A stretch of 64,000 bases of DNA from Fimbriosthenelais zetlandica. Taxonomy: Eukaryota. Position numbers and translations under genes: made by a program. Each line of letters opens with the position of its first letter. Position 1 is the stretch's first letter. The stretch is from positions 15,562,001 through 15,626,000 of the forward strand of contig OZ365109.1 in NCBI GenBank assembly GCA_977030845.1, read 5' to 3'. The notes under the pieces are model-generated. The model was given only the letters and a program-made list of their open reading frames with translations. It was not told the DNA's origin and ran no database searches. This document shows, piece after piece, positions 1-14,020 of the stretch.

Positions 1-80
1 TGATCATATCAAACGGTCAATGAGGGGCAACTGATGATTGATTGATTGATTGATTGAATGAATGATTTAATGGATGGATG

Positions 81-212
81 NNNNNNNNNNNNNNNNNNNN
101 NNNNNNNNNNNNNNNNNNNNNNNNNNNNNNNNNNNNNNNNNNNNNNNNNNNNNNNNNNNNNNNNNNNNNNNNNNNNNNNNNNNNNNNNNNNNNNNNNNNN
201 NNNNNNNNNNNN
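81..212. other. Assembly gap (132 N), preceded by (GATT)n/(GAAT)n/(GGAT)n microsatellite
   Basis: Run of N; tetranucleotide repeats at ~30-80. Confidence 0.99.
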
Positions 213-311
213 GAGAACCTAGAATGATGGAAAGATAAGACTTTCTTGAATCTATATATTATCTTTAGAATTTGTAAAACCTGTGGGCATTTGACTGCCA
301 GCAGAACTTAC

Positions 312-3300
312 TTAAATTAGTGATGTGTTTAAGAACATGGAGGACAGCCTTGCGGAGTGTAAGATGTCTGTTTTTGGTGTCCAGTCTATGCCAGTCGTAA
401 AACATGGTTAACAAGACTGGCACACCGCCTTGTCCGATCGCGCGGGCGGAATTGCTCTCTGTTTTTCAAAACAAATTTTTTTCCAGTAAGCATTCAGAGG
501 GGAGTATATTAAATGCTGACAACTTATGAAAATTGGAAATTAATTTTTTAAATAAATATGTAATAAATAAGCAAAGGACTTAGTATTGGGTCAACATCAT
601 GCTTCAAGAATGTTCAGAATCAATATTACATGAACATTAAATGAGATTCTACCGGGTGATTTAAATGAGTATTTTGAACTTGATCAGGTTGAAGCCATGG
701 TCATGTCTTATGCAATTAACAGCTACTTTTATAAACATGCTAATGAAATGCAACCATTGGGGTTATTATAGACGGATCAGTGACGGTGGAGTGGATTATC
801 TAGCTAGGAAAACCTACTTGACTTGACGAGCAAGCTAAGCGCGTCCAGCGTGTATTTGAGAACAGTCAGATGTTTCTTGCCACACACAGTGAGTACTTTA
901 AACAGATGGGTGACTGCACCATTCTTGCCAAGATACGAGGCATTCACAGCTGAAATGGTAAAGATCATCCTCAGATTCTATCTTAAATATTTCCATTACA
1001 TCATTACATGTATTTCATCTAAAGCTAGTATAGCTTTATTTCAACCATGCAGAAACGTTGTCCTAACATATGTGATGTGTTTTCACTAAATGAGAAAAAG
1101 TCGCACAAGGCCATTCACCGCTACGGGCCTGAAAGCTTTGTACACAAGCTATTTATTTATCTTAGCATTTTCGCATTAACGCAAACTATACAATGTTTTG
1201 ACTATTTTTCTGAATGAAATTGAGAGGAGTTGACCATTGTGCGTGTTGTCCCTTCAAGATTTCTTCCAGTTGGACAGAAAATTGTCTGTAATGGGCATTT
1301 TCTCTAGTATTTGCTGTCACTACTTTTATTTTTTGAAATTTTATTACACGCTATAGATCATTGGAACGCTCGTGATCTGATCTTACGAATCTGCAACTAA
1401 CTCAAAATCCATATTTTGCGACTATAAACTCGTTAGTGAAAACACGTCACATATGTTCATCCCGCGAGACAGGGGTACATACCGTTGGCTGAGTAGAGTT
1501 TGAGGACATGAAGGAAAGCTTGGAGAGGCTTGGCGTTATTAATATAATTTCTCACCAGATTGAGCGTAACGGGCAATGCCTGACTCAACCTGGCCTTGAC
1601 GGTAAACTTGCGATCTGAAAAAACAAACAGAACTCTCATATGTCTTGACACAGCTTGGGAAATCAAACGCACCAAAGAATATATTAATTTACCAACTACT
1701 ATTTTAACTTCGACTCGAGTATTTTAATCGAACGAGTTACCCAAAGTTTACCATAAAAAAAAATCAGCGATATCTTGCCTGGCCTCTACTACTGCTCCCA
1801 TAGCACCATTTCTTTACTCTCAAATACACCCAATCCAGTAATTGGGAATTCTCATGTACACCAGTGAGCATCAGAAGCTCATTATGTAGGGACCTCTGAG
1901 CTATGATCATAGTATCAGTTATTCACCTTGTAAACAGACTTACCCTTGGGACCTAATTTGGCAAGCAGCTGATGTAGAGATACGATGAGGTCGAGGGAGG
2001 GTTGCTGCTCCCTTGATTCCTCCACTAGTACAGCCAGTAAGGCATTAGTGGCTCCATGAGCTACCAACGTGGAGATACGCTTACTCGTGTCTGAAATATG
2101 AAAAACAAATTTTAGAAACAATCAGAGATTTCTTGAGAAACACAGTAGACACTCGCCCCGTTGTACAACCTCGCCAATGGCGATGGTCGACGAGAGCAAC
2201 AGGGCAACCTCGTCGAGCGATTGCTTTGTTAAAGTACTGTTTTCTTGAAAAAAGCGCTTGGAACATTGCTTGTTATTGCATTGTCCAAGCACTGTTTTCT
2301 CAAAAATATTGCTTGTAAAATACAATCGCTCGACGAGGGTACCCTCACCGACCCTCGCTATTGACGATTTTATTGTACAACACTACCAATATTAAGAGAT
2401 GATAGCATCATCATTAAGCTATTCAGAGGCCAAATTTTAAATAACAATGCCATTTGAATTCCACGAGAATCGGTTCTGCTTTATGTCTGAGTGGTAGTGC
2501 AAATAAGTAACTTATACATATTAAAGTAGATGCTGAGGTCTAATAGGGTTCATCCACTTTTTTCACCCAATAAAATTACCTTAGAAGGGTTCATCCACAA
2601 GGTCGCAAGGGGCAAGAGATTACAAATTTATGATCGCTGGGGTCCTATGATTGCTTGCGATTGAGCTTTGTGATCGCACCAATATTTGATGGGATTCGAA
2701 TTCACAATTGTTTTCTTCTTATTCGTAGTCCTGACTAGGTCGCAAGGTAGATCGCCTATTTCTAATGATCGCATGCCTTGAGAGCTTGGCAGAGTGCCAA
2801 TTCCTAGTTCTCACGCAAATCCCCCTTGTTTAAAGAAGCCTAGTTCCCATTCAATCCCGCAGCCTACACCATCTCACAAACAGGAGGTCATAAGTCTAAA
2901 GCTACAGGATCATAGATACCTTTCTGAGTCAGTGCTTTCTTATTAAACCTTCCATTATAACTGATTACAAAGTGTGTTATCTTGTAATGTAACTACTTCA
3001 TTATTGAACAGAAGAAAATATATATACATAATGCCAACATTGTAATAGCTTTCAGTCAATATACAGAGAATATACATAATGCCGATCATTTTAATAGAAC
3101 TCTTACAAATGTTTGATAATTTAGAAAAGATTGTCAAATGTACTAAATGCTCAAATGAACCTAAGGACTTGCTAAAGGACTCGGAAAGCTATTCGGAAGG
3201 TTATCCATTTGACTTCTCAAGATCAAAATTGCACCCTGAAAGAAACCCATTAATTCTTAACTCCGACCCCTTTACCATTCTTGTTGCGTGATTTATCTAT

Positions 3301-6300
3301 TATAGCCCAGACAGAGCATCTTCGTTCTCGCTAATCTTTTTCACTCAGCCGGTTTAAGTATCGATATTCCAACCCCACTCCATCGATCACTATTGATCTG
3401 CCCACCAATTCAAAACCATCATTTTCAATTTCCAAGGAACAACAATCAGCCGGAAATAGAAACGCTTTCCGTGACTTCCGACTATTCATCAAATTCCTTT
3501 CCCATATCATCAGGACCATATGACCAATTGTATGAAATTTCATACTAAAGCCAGGACTCCACTGCTGCGATTTTGTTTGCGACTCTACTGCGACAAAGGT
3601 GTTGCTTGTGTCGCAATAAAAATTATAAATTTTAAGTGTGCAAGGCTTTGACACCATTTTCCCCTGGTACATATTTCGTTAGGACACAAGCATCACCTTT
3701 GTCGCAATTGTGTCGCAAGCAAAATCGCAGCAGTGGAGTACAGGCCTTACATGGGCAGGTACTACTTTCTAGAAGCATTCTTAATAGAAACACATAACAT
3801 GCCCAAGGTGTTAATTATTCAATCCCCCATTACGCCAACACATATAGGTTAGGACTCACGTGTTTTTCCTATGAGCTCGTTTAAAATGATGAGGATGTTT
3901 TGTTGTACAATGGTGTCAGCACATGTCTGAAATAGGAACGAAAGTAAGAGTTATCTATGATTTCATACTGAATATATATGCAACAGGTAGGCAATAACCT
4001 ACTCAATATCATTAAATCTGGGCGCTAACGTTATATCTTCTTTAGCCACAGTGGCTAAAGGACGATACAAAATATTTATTTTATTTTAGCCACAGGAAAT
4101 TATCGTCAGGTCAATATTCATCAGTTTAGAAAAGTACATTCAATCAATGATTAGCACAAAAATAGAAATATTTCTAATTTATTTTAACTTAGAAATGGGA
4201 AAAGTATAACGAAACATACTAAATTGAAGGCTATGAATGTAAACTTAACAAAGGTTATAAAATTATATTTAAACAAAAAGATTAATCTACAATACACACC
4301 TCCATAGTATTGAGTAGCTGATCCAAGTAGGCACTGTTTTTGAGTATGATGTCACGGTGAATTCTCTCTGCAAGAAATTCTTCATTTAATATGAATTCTT
4401 CACAAATTCATTTAATACACGAACAGAATTGGCCAGGATGCAGGTTGCGCAACTCAAAACCTCCGGATTATTTTATTATGATTATATGAAAACTATTTAA
4501 TAGCATATATGGAACCGAGTCTTTGTTATTTCACTTAAAGTCTACAATCAGTTAATTGCATAACATGCATAACCGAACAAAATATTTGAATATGAGCATA
4601 AAGAAGAACTGCAATCTTATACAATCTAATGGAATTCAATGCTAATAAATTCCAAATCTGCTAATTATTGTAGCATAGAAAATTACTCTATTTTGCGGGC
4701 TTTCCTAGTGAGGGTTCAACAAACACAAATGGTTAAATGGCTTTAATGGAGGCAACGTCAATGGTGTTTTCAAACCAGAGCAAGGCAACAACAATACAAC
4801 TACAAAGAGTTGAACGTTTTACATAGAGAATATTTTCAATAGAGTCTGTATTCATGTACTTTGTATTGTTATACGTAATCGTTTTGTATGAAAGGCATGA
4901 CTTAAATACACAGGTTGAACTTTTTTTTCCTATTTTGTAGTTGCTGCCCTTATATTACTGGCCGTGGTGCCCTTAAAACCCCAGCAATGGAAACATTTAG
5001 TACTTCACCATTCAGGGCCCTATGAGGGTTGAAAATGGCCGAGCCCTAAAAATGTTGAAATTCATATGGGGCGCCAAGTGTTACCTTTTATATTTCGTAC
5101 TTCAATTATTTATTTCGATACGAAATATTTTTTATTTTGTACCACAATTATTTAATTTTGTTTCAATTTATTTTATTTCGTCTGGAATTAAAATTCCGTG
5201 GACGGAATTTTAATTAATTTTAATTTCCGTGGAAGTAATTAATATTCCGTGGACGGAATTTTAATGAATTTTAATTCCGTGGAAGGGATTAATATTCCGT
5301 GAACGGAATTAAACTTGATTAAAATTCCGTCCACGGAATATTAATTCCTTCCACGGAATTAAAATTAATTAAAATTCCGTCCACAGAATTTTAATTCTGT
5401 AGACGGAATTAAAATTTCGTTGACGGAATTAATTAATTACGTCCACAGAATTTTAATTGTGTAGACAGAATTAAAATTTCGTTGACGGAATTAATTAATT
5501 CCGTCCACAGAATTTTAATTGTGTAGACAGAATTAAAATTTCGTTGACGGAATTAATTAATTCCGTCCACAGAATTAAAATTTCGTTGACAGAATTAATT
5601 AATTCCGTCTATTTCCTTCAACCAACATAAGGTGGCAGCACGTTCAGGGATTGTAAAACCTAGAGAAACGAAGTTGTTGTCAGAGTTGATCTGCTGTCGC
5701 CATGAGTCCTGCAACATCAAGACAACTAATAACGTTGTGTTGTCATAGCTCCCCCAGTATTGCCATGAGTTAATTAATTCCGTCAACGAAATTTTAATTC
5801 TGTGGACGGAATTAATTAATTCCGTCAACGAAATTTTAATTCCGTCTACAGAATTAAAATTCTGTGGACGGAATTTTAATTAATTTTAATTCCGTGGACG
5901 GAATTTTAATTAATTTTAATTCCGTGGAAGGAATTAATATTCCGTGGACGGAATTTTAATTAATTTTAATTCCGTCCACGGAATATTAATTCCTTCCACG
6001 GAATATTAATTAATTAAAATTCCGTCCACGGAATATTAATTCCTTCCATGGAATTAAAATTAATTAAAATTCCGTCCACGGAATTAAAATTAATTAAAAT
6101 TCCGTCCACGAAATTTTAATTGTGGTACAAAATAAAAAATATTTCGTATCGAAATAAATAATTGAAGTACGAAATATAAAAGGTAACACTTGGCGCCCCA
6201 TAAATTCAGACCCTGGTCGCTGTATTATTGTTGTCTTTCTCTGGTGTGTAAACAGTAAAATACCATTAAGCCTGGAACACACTAATACGATTCTCTATCC

Positions 6301-9300
6301 GGCGCCATCCGATAGCTGTCCGTGAACTATATTTCTATTCACGCCAAATGCTTGCAATTTGAACAGTAGATGAGGCTAACCACTGACAAAATTTCAATCT
6401 TTATATACCATTAGAAATAGGGTATCAGATGGCGACGGGTTAGAGAATAGGATTAGTGTGTTCCAGGCTTTAGACAGTGAATGGTGGGTTTACCTTGGCC
6501 TGTGACATACTGGAGGAGTTTGGTGATGGTATATCGGAGCTGTTGTGCGTCATCTCCACCCAGCTTACTGGACGACCTGGTGGTGGTCAGTTTGTCTATG
6601 GTCTGAAACAGGTTCACCAGCCTCGTCCTACAAACGTAGAGCAAAGGTCATTTAGATTCAAATCATTTAAAACATCAGTCACATTATATGAGATTTCTTT
6701 TTATATATACGGTACATGAAGTATCAATATCTCTTTAAGGTAAATCTGCTCGAAAAAAAGTAAACCGCATTCAAGTATTATGTGTATTTGTTCTGAAATT
6801 GTAACCAATATTTTTAGTGAAGTAATTTAAATTTATTTAATGCTAACTGTAATAAATTTCAGTTTCTCAAGTTAAAATATTACACTGTTATGGACTAGAA
6901 AATGTTACAGTGTTACTGAATTGAAAGTGTTATACTGTTACGGTATTGAAAATGTTACACTGTTATGGACTAGAAAATGTTACAGTGTTACTGAATTGAA
7001 AGTGTTATACTGTTACGGTATTGAAAATGTTACATCGTTACAGACTTGAAAATGTCACACCGTTATAAGTTTGAAAATACATGAAATAATTTCCATCACC
7101 ACGAACAGTGCTGCAGGTTAGTATGTAAGCAACAGAATGGTTAATAATTCTCTAAAAAAAAATCAACGGACCGAGGTACATGTACCTCATAGCATTAGGT
7201 TAAAGCAGTTGCTTCATGTTTGTAGTCAAGGCAAGGGGTAAGGGGAATATTCATAGGTATACAAGTAATCTAGTATGGGACAGGCTCTTGTATAATGGAG
7301 CTCCGAGGATGAAGGAAGGATTTTGGGGTCGATATTATACATTGCACTGGTAGGGTTACTCAATCAAAATTATGCAATTTTAATCAATTTACCTATCCTC
7401 CATATTCAAATCAATGGGAAGATCCACATTGTATGAACGGATATCAATAAGAAAATAAGCAAAAACCACTAAGAAATGGGATGTATTTTGCATTTTAAAA
7501 TTCAAGCAACTGTCACTGAACAAAAATGCAAAACTGGATTCAAACTACCAAAAAATCATCATCCTCCAGCAAAAAGCAAAATCTTCATTTCTAAAATATG
7601 GCTGGATTTGTATAATTACAGTACAACGGTGACAACAGGTTTGGGTTTCTTCTTCTTGTTGGTTAAAGTGATACGACCATCGTTGCCCACATTGGGGTCA
7701 GTCAGATTAGGCGCTCTGTGTCAAAGTTCAATAACCACTTACCAAATTTTAAAAACAACTACATATTTATCAAGTCATGTAGTCAGTCATGTTAAATTTT
7801 TACAAGACTGAACATACTAGCAACAATAAAGGTCATGATAGAGAAAAGTAAAGCAATTTAGCAAATATGGCATATAGCGCTAACTAAATAAAAAATATTT
7901 TTGAATGAGTGTATTTATCTAAAGATCGGTTTAAAACCAGGTTTTCAGCTAAATTTTAAAAGAAAAAGATCTGTGCAGAACAAAAGCTAAAGCTTTTCAT
8001 AGCACCCTAAAACATCTTTGTGATGAACAACAAGTTTAGCTAATGTCAATTATGTTGACTTAACTTGTCATAATCGTTGATATTGTGATAATCAATAACT
8101 AAATTAAACTATATACTAATAATATAAATTCTATATTAAATATGAGTACACCTATTAATGAATAGTGTGAGGTATCTGGGTGAACCTATGATTAAATAAA
8201 TCTTGAGAGGAAAAGATGTTATACTCCAGCATTAATTTTTGTTCCATAAAATATTATTAGGAGTACATCATTACATAAATACATTAAATTTTGTGCACAA
8301 TTACCGTAACGCTAGAATGTATGTGTTTTGTGTAGCGCTATTTTTTTAAAGCAATGAAGTAGTATCAATTAAATATCTGTACTTAAGGCTATATAATGTA
8401 GTTGATACCAGGGGTAAAGCGTTCATGCAGGGTATGATTACGTAATGGATGGAGGTACCGCGCACCTATTTGGGACTCACAGGTAGATTAAACAATTCAT
8501 TTTTCGTCTGAAACCTTTCTTCTTCACTTTTCACCTGGAGAAGTATCTATCTTTCAACTGTCATGGACTAAACGATCTTTATTCATAGAAATACATGTAT
8601 ACGTCACTATTCTAACAGATTATGTATAAATTAAATTTTGAGGATTTCAAACATTGAATAATCTACCTGTAGGCCCTATCTCTATTAGAGTATTCTATCT
8701 TTATTTAACCACTACAAGATCTAGATCATGCAGCCTTACACTTGAACATCACGGAGATGTTTTTCCGCGCCAGCTGACTTCGATCTTTTCTTCCTAAATA
8801 AATTATTACCACACAAGTTGTAAGGAATCAACTTCAGATTTTTTCTATTAAAGCTTTAAAAGTAAAACTAGACAGGTTGTTCCTCAAAAACGGAATAGAT
8901 TCTACCACAGGAATCAATCGTAAACAACACAATAGACTTTTTAATACATGATTTGGTAATTGGGGGCGGGGGGCATGCAAGTTGGATCCCACAAATACAT
9001 TGTTAACATCGCACAATTTTTAGTGTTTAAATTATTTGACACATCTTTTCAATCAAATCACACTTTGAAGCACTTCTTTGGACATACCTTTCAGTGCGTT
9101 TTCTATTGTTGCTATAACACCATATAACCATAGAATGAATACAAGGAATCCATACATATTCCTTAGAGCAAAGTTTTTCTCTAAACATATTCATACATTT
9201 CATATTCATACAAGCACACTAGTTACATAGCATAATATTAATTCCACAGAGATCCAAAACTATAATTTTATGCAGAAATTGTTTAATATTTTGTGCGAAC

Positions 9301-12300
9301 GTTAGGTATATATCAATAACTCCTCGAGCGGGTATTTCTTTCTTGTAGTCGGCGTTTCAACACAAACCATGAATTATTGACCTAGCGTGAGGAAGATTTT
9401 AAATCATGCCACCCACTTCAGCGATAAGGTGTTAGCAATATACGCATGTGGTGCAGCCAATCATTTTCTAAATGCATCTTTCCGACCTTAAACGAGAGTT
9501 TCGCCAGATTTAAGTACACCAACTCTCGGAGGGCCCAAAGACTGCTCTACACCCTTTTAGCTTCATTTTAAAATGGAATCTGCTTTGTGCGAATTTATAG
9601 AAGGTGCATGTGGGATACAAGTAGGAAAGGTAGAAATTGATTCTTTGCAATGTGCTTACTGAGTATCATTGCAATAGGAATATCTAATATTGCACTCTTA
9701 CCATAGTCTTTTACCTATTGATGTTCTTTCCTTCTCACTGTTCAAATGAAGTGAATACTCTCAGAAAATAATTTTAAATATGTGAAAATATATCACAGGC
9801 GCAATTAGGGCTTTTAATTTGAGTTATAACACCTTTAAATATATACCTTGGTACACTCGAATATTCTTTTTTTAAATTCTTAATGTCTGTAATTTTTTTG
9901 GACGAGGAACATACTAATTTCTAAATTAGTAATTAGACCAACTTGCGATCTGTGAAGAATGCAATTTGGTGATTCAGACTCACTCAGAATAGACCTCTGC
10001 CCAGGCAGGTGAAACAAAAAATGCCAGCTTTACGCCAAGTAGTTCGTTAACTTGGCAACTCCTCCCCTCTCATCTATTTAACCTCAACATACTTTTTTGA
10101 CCAAGATTAAACATTCCCAACGTGATAAACATGCCAACAAGAATCAATCCTGTCTCAACAGCCGTCAAAACATCAACATCAATGGTCCTATCCTCTCTCT
10201 TTTCTTATTAGACATCCAAGGATAGTACACTCTCATTCTGATCCGGATTCCTCTCCTCACCTAGGGTCCCAAACTCTCATTTTCATTCTCTCCTTCATCC
10301 GTCTCTCCCTCAACATTTTTCGTTAAATTTAAATCCATCCATCTATTCCCCTTTCCCTCCCCTCTGATTTTCCACTTCCTTGATCTTCGTTCTCTCCCTC
10401 CCACCATACCCTCCACCCCTTTCACTCACTCTCTCTGTCATTAAATGATTTGAACACTTGTTAGTAAACTTACAGATTCAGTTTTGTTCCGAAACACAAT
10501 ATTAATGACTCACATTTATGTCCAAGCTTTGTATACAACCATTGTGCATGTATTTTAAGTTTAATTTGTTTCAAGTTTTACAGGAAAAGTGAGATAGTAT
10601 AGTCTTAATTAGATAAGACACCGGTCCCTGAATGAATACCATGGGCTACACTTTTCACCTAGATCGAGAGCCGTTCAGGAGATAGTAAGGATCATTATGA
10701 TACAGTATACATGTACCTAATGTGGGGCACATGTATGTTATGTAAATAGAGGGAGTAGATAGTTAATATAGCTGTCCCGCCCTGCTGCTGGAAAATATCC
10801 CTTGTTTCACTTACATCACATTCTCCCTGGAATTGAGCGTTATTTATAAAGTGTCTGAATGTCAAGGGTCTTGAGCAGTATAACATTTCACTGAACATTT
10901 CTATTAAATATTCTTCTATAAGTTATTCTTGACAGGACCCTGGATTGGAACTTGGATGGGGGAAGAGATGGCAGTGCGAAAAAAAACAAGAGATATTTAT
11001 CATTCAGCCTTCAAATACAAACCATTTAGCAGAAATGATCGTCACTCTGTTTTTAGAAGCGCAAGACAACTATATGTTGAAAGTTCTATTTAAGGTAAAT
11101 TTAATTGGCAACAATATTGACCACATTAATGATGAGGTCGATTCAATCAAGACTTTCATGAGTGAAAATTTATATTTGACAAATATTATAAATTCTCACG
11201 ACAACCCATAACCCTTTCTGTGAAAATCAATGTCTATAAACACTATAAATATAAGGAAGGGAAAAAAATCGACCGAGTCCAATAAGTGGGTCCCTAGAAA
11301 TGGATCCACCTGGAGGAAGAATAGGATGTGCACTGTTTATTTTACTTCACTTCCTTGGCTCCATTCTTTGGCAGGTTTCATGTATTAATTTTTCAAAGGA
11401 ATGGAGCAGCTGCCTACAGTGAGGCGGCTGTGTAAGTAGTGTACATACACCTTCCAGTGTTTGTGTCTAGGAGCATACAAACTATCAATAGACCGCTCGT
11501 CCCCAAAGCTGGGATGGGGAGGAGTAGGTAGGAGGTCTTCCTCTCACAGGAGATGGGGGAGGCGTGGGGTGGGGGCGGTTGGCGGGGGGGGGGGGGGGGG
11601 GGGGGGTGGCAGCACAGGTCAGAGAGAAGCGGGGGAGGCTGAATGGAATGGAGGTTGGGAGAATGTCGCCTGAGTATATATATAATATATACATTATATT
11701 GGGCAGGTTATTATTTCTGGTTAGAGGTGTGGAGAGTTCATCGAAATTCTATAACGTAACGTGAAAAGTTGGCTTCATTCTGGACAGGATTTAAATGATC
11801 AATATGGTCTTGGACGTTGACCCCTGCCCAATACCTCAGCAATACATTTGTATTCCATTCACCGATTGATTGAATGATTTATTGATTCATATTACATCCG
11901 GAATAAACAGGAGTAATTTTTTCACCATGAAATACTGGTTTGTTGTATCAACTGCTAGAAGCCATTACCTGCCACATTTTCTCCTAAATAAATATTTTGC
12001 TCTGGCAAACATGTTACTAAATATAGCCATCATTGATCCATGTCTAATTAAATCCTGAATCAATATCAGACAAAGAGGGAAAATACAGGGAAAAACAAGT
12101 CAGTCCCGAGCTGAAAAGGTCACGTTAGTGCAATAAGATTTTCACCCCCATTTCATGTAATTTTAATGTTTTGCAACCCTATAGTTAGATAATTATAACG
12201 TAAAGAAAGGACACATGTGGAGATACAAGTAATTTTTGCAATTTCCATCGAGGAATAACCAAGCATAGAATTTCTGGAATCATAGCAAAATCAGCCTAAA

Positions 12301-13831
12301 TGACCAAGATTTCAGCCTTAATGACACCAATTTGATGACAAATTTTTGGGGAAAAAAGTGATGCGCTAGGTGACACTAAACACAACATTTTTTTTCTTTG
12401 GCCTAAAGCAATGGATTACGCATTCCATAATCCAATGACGGGTTAAAAATACAGGGTGCACAGGTCTGTAATTCATGTCCCCTTCACATGAGGGCACTCA
12501 AAGGCTATGATATACAATGTATACACTTAGTTCTTCTAACCAGCCTGGTCTCGGGATGTTAGCTTCAAAGGCAGATAGATTTTAAAGAAGAGAAATTACT
12601 AGCTGGTGCTGAGGAAACTGGCTCATTTCTCAACCATTTGTGTCATCAATCTATAGAGCAAAACTTAATACTGGGGCAGTAGGAATTGTCATTGACCGTG
12701 AACCAAAACAAAATATTTGGGAAGAAATTTCTATTTTTAGAGCCTATGTGATTTTAAAGGTGAGTCCGTATCTTCTGTACATATATATCATATTTAGAAA
12801 TCGCCACTTAAGTACAGTTTAGATTGCAGGTTCCTTCATATATAGTTTCCTATGTACCATGGAAGTATTCAATGCACCACTTGCCAAAGAAATCCCTTGC
12901 ATCTTTTTCCTTGGCTCATGCAGAAGATATATAAAACGAAGTGAAGTCTAATATAACGTTTGCCAGATATAAATACAAGTAACCTGGAAGAGGCAGGGAA
13001 CATCTGGAGGGGAGGATCAACTTTTACCTGCCAGCCTATGGGCAGGTAAGAACTCGATACTTGGGGAGATTCCTGCCTCCACTCTCAGCCCCAGTCTCTC
13101 TGGGGTTTTGGAGCACCCAACCTCATGTACCAGGACATCTGTTTGAATTTTCTCTCAAGTGCCTGGGCCTCTCAACTCACCAATCAAATACCTAACTCAG
13201 TGGTCTTCCCCTGCGGTTCAGTGTATAGGCAGTTGATACAGGAAGGATCATAATCTTCTCTATTTAAAGCCGTTCATTTTTGTTCTACTGTCTCTTCCAA
13301 GTGGGATCTATATATATTGTCGCTTCGCTTGTATACTACAGACGGGTCTACTCGTACTTTCTTAACATAAACATCTGAATATTTTCACAGAACTCTTCAC
13401 CCCCAGCCATATTATCTGAAAACAATTTTCACCAACTAATATTCCAAGGCCCAATAAGGGCAGTACTTTCCCAGATTTGTATATAATGTCAAAAAAATAA
13501 GATTCTTAAATCATCATAATAAAAGTGTTTTGGATTAAGATCCTATCATTATTCTCATATGGGGTACATTATTTTATAAGATCAAATTGCTACCTTGAGA
13601 ACAAAGTAAAAGCCCATTTCCATTTGTAGGCAAAACCAGATGTGAATTTTAAATTGATGCCCTATTTTTATCAGGGCAAATATCACTTGAGCAGTTTTAA
13701 ATATATGCGGATGTTTGACAATATTTTTTCCTAATACGAGCACCTGACATTGCCTGTACATATACTAATATTATGTAAAGTAGAAGGAAACAATGGGAGA
13801 CCTACCCGCGATCCAGTGCACAGCTGGCCAT
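312..13831 (-). CDS. AGTPBP1: Cytosolic carboxypeptidase 1 (Nna1), 5' part; gene continues off the left edge
   Basis: Exons 13831-13806, 6627-6494, 4367-4300, 3926-3860, 2090-1944, 1614-1483, 949-818, 458-312; all GT-AG and phase-consistent. ATG in CCACCATGG context. Translation MASCALDRGTRLVNLFQ...SKRISTLVAHGATNALL...LHQLLAKLGPKDRKFTVKARL...YSANAVNASYLGKNG...LLVKSKSNSARA...DWHRLD follows the recalled human CCP1 N-terminus (LAKIGPKDKKFGVKARI, YSANSVNSVSLGKNG, DWHRHD). The first coding exon is less certain than the rest. Confidence 0.92.
1066..1447 (+). mobile_element. Interspersed repeat (non-autonomous DNA transposon-like), copy 1
   Basis: Aligns by eye with the reverse complement of ~57050-57416 (e.g. 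GGGCATTTTCTCTAGT, CATTGGAACGCTCGTGATCTGATC, GCTACGGGCCTGAAA). Confidence 0.8.
2160..2381. mobile_element. Imperfect palindromic MITE-like element
   Basis: Ends GTTGTACAA / TTGTACAAC; inner IR CCTCGTCGAGCGATTG / CAATCGCTCGACGAGG and further symmetry towards the centre. Confidence 0.6.
3546..3749. mobile_element. MITE, PIF/Harbinger-like
   Basis: ~65-bp imperfect TIRs (ACTCCACTGCTGCGATTTTG...TGCGACAAAGGTG.TGCTTGTGTC); TAA/TTA at the termini. Confidence 0.75.
5066..6215. mobile_element. Foldback (FB/TU-like) element with modular long inverted repeats
   Basis: Outer ~85-bp IR (5066-5150 vs 6117-6201); inner arrays of ~27-bp TTCCGTGGACGGAATTTTAATTAATT-type subrepeats (5180-5609 and 5769-6116); unique ~160-bp central loop. 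Confidence 0.85.
6269..6469 (+). mobile_element. MITE, PIF/Harbinger-like (family shared with 56145-56353)
   Basis: TIR AGCCTGGAACACACTAAT / ATTAGTGTGTTCCAGGCT; TTA duplicated on both sides. Confidence 0.85.
6880..7078. repeat. Minisatellite, 25-bp unit with 75-bp higher-order duplication
   Basis: TTACACTGTTATGGACTAGAAAATG-like units, about 8 copies; one 75-bp block repeated exactly. Confidence 0.9.
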
Positions 13832-13984
13832 GGTGGAGCTGGTGGCAGGGAGGAGGAGGAGTAGCTGGCAGGTGTTGGCGGGAGAGACGGAGTGTGAGAA
13901 TGAAGAAACTGTTGTGATGTTAGGCCTACTAGGGCCTCTTACCACTCCTCATCCTCCTTCACTCTTTCCTTCTCTCCTCACTTC

Positions 13985-14020
<36 letters not shown>

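Noticed and set aside
5180-6116. CRISPR-like regular repeats
   Set aside because: Repeats are contiguous with no unique spacers, form the arms of an inverted repeat, and lie in a eukaryotic intron with no cas genes
8437-8446. Perfect PAR-bZIP site ATTACGTAAT
   Set aside because: Single isolated site; expected by chance in AT-rich DNA
8834-11211. ORFs 8834-9016, 10695-10898, 10945-11211 and a TM-like stretch at ~10090-10190 as a nested gene
   Set aside because: No recognisable motifs, in-frame stops, and no phase-consistent exon chain
12657-13046. Two plus-strand exon-like segments with good donors (12657-12759 and ~12967-13046)
   Set aside because: Joining them gives an immediate stop; no family resemblance
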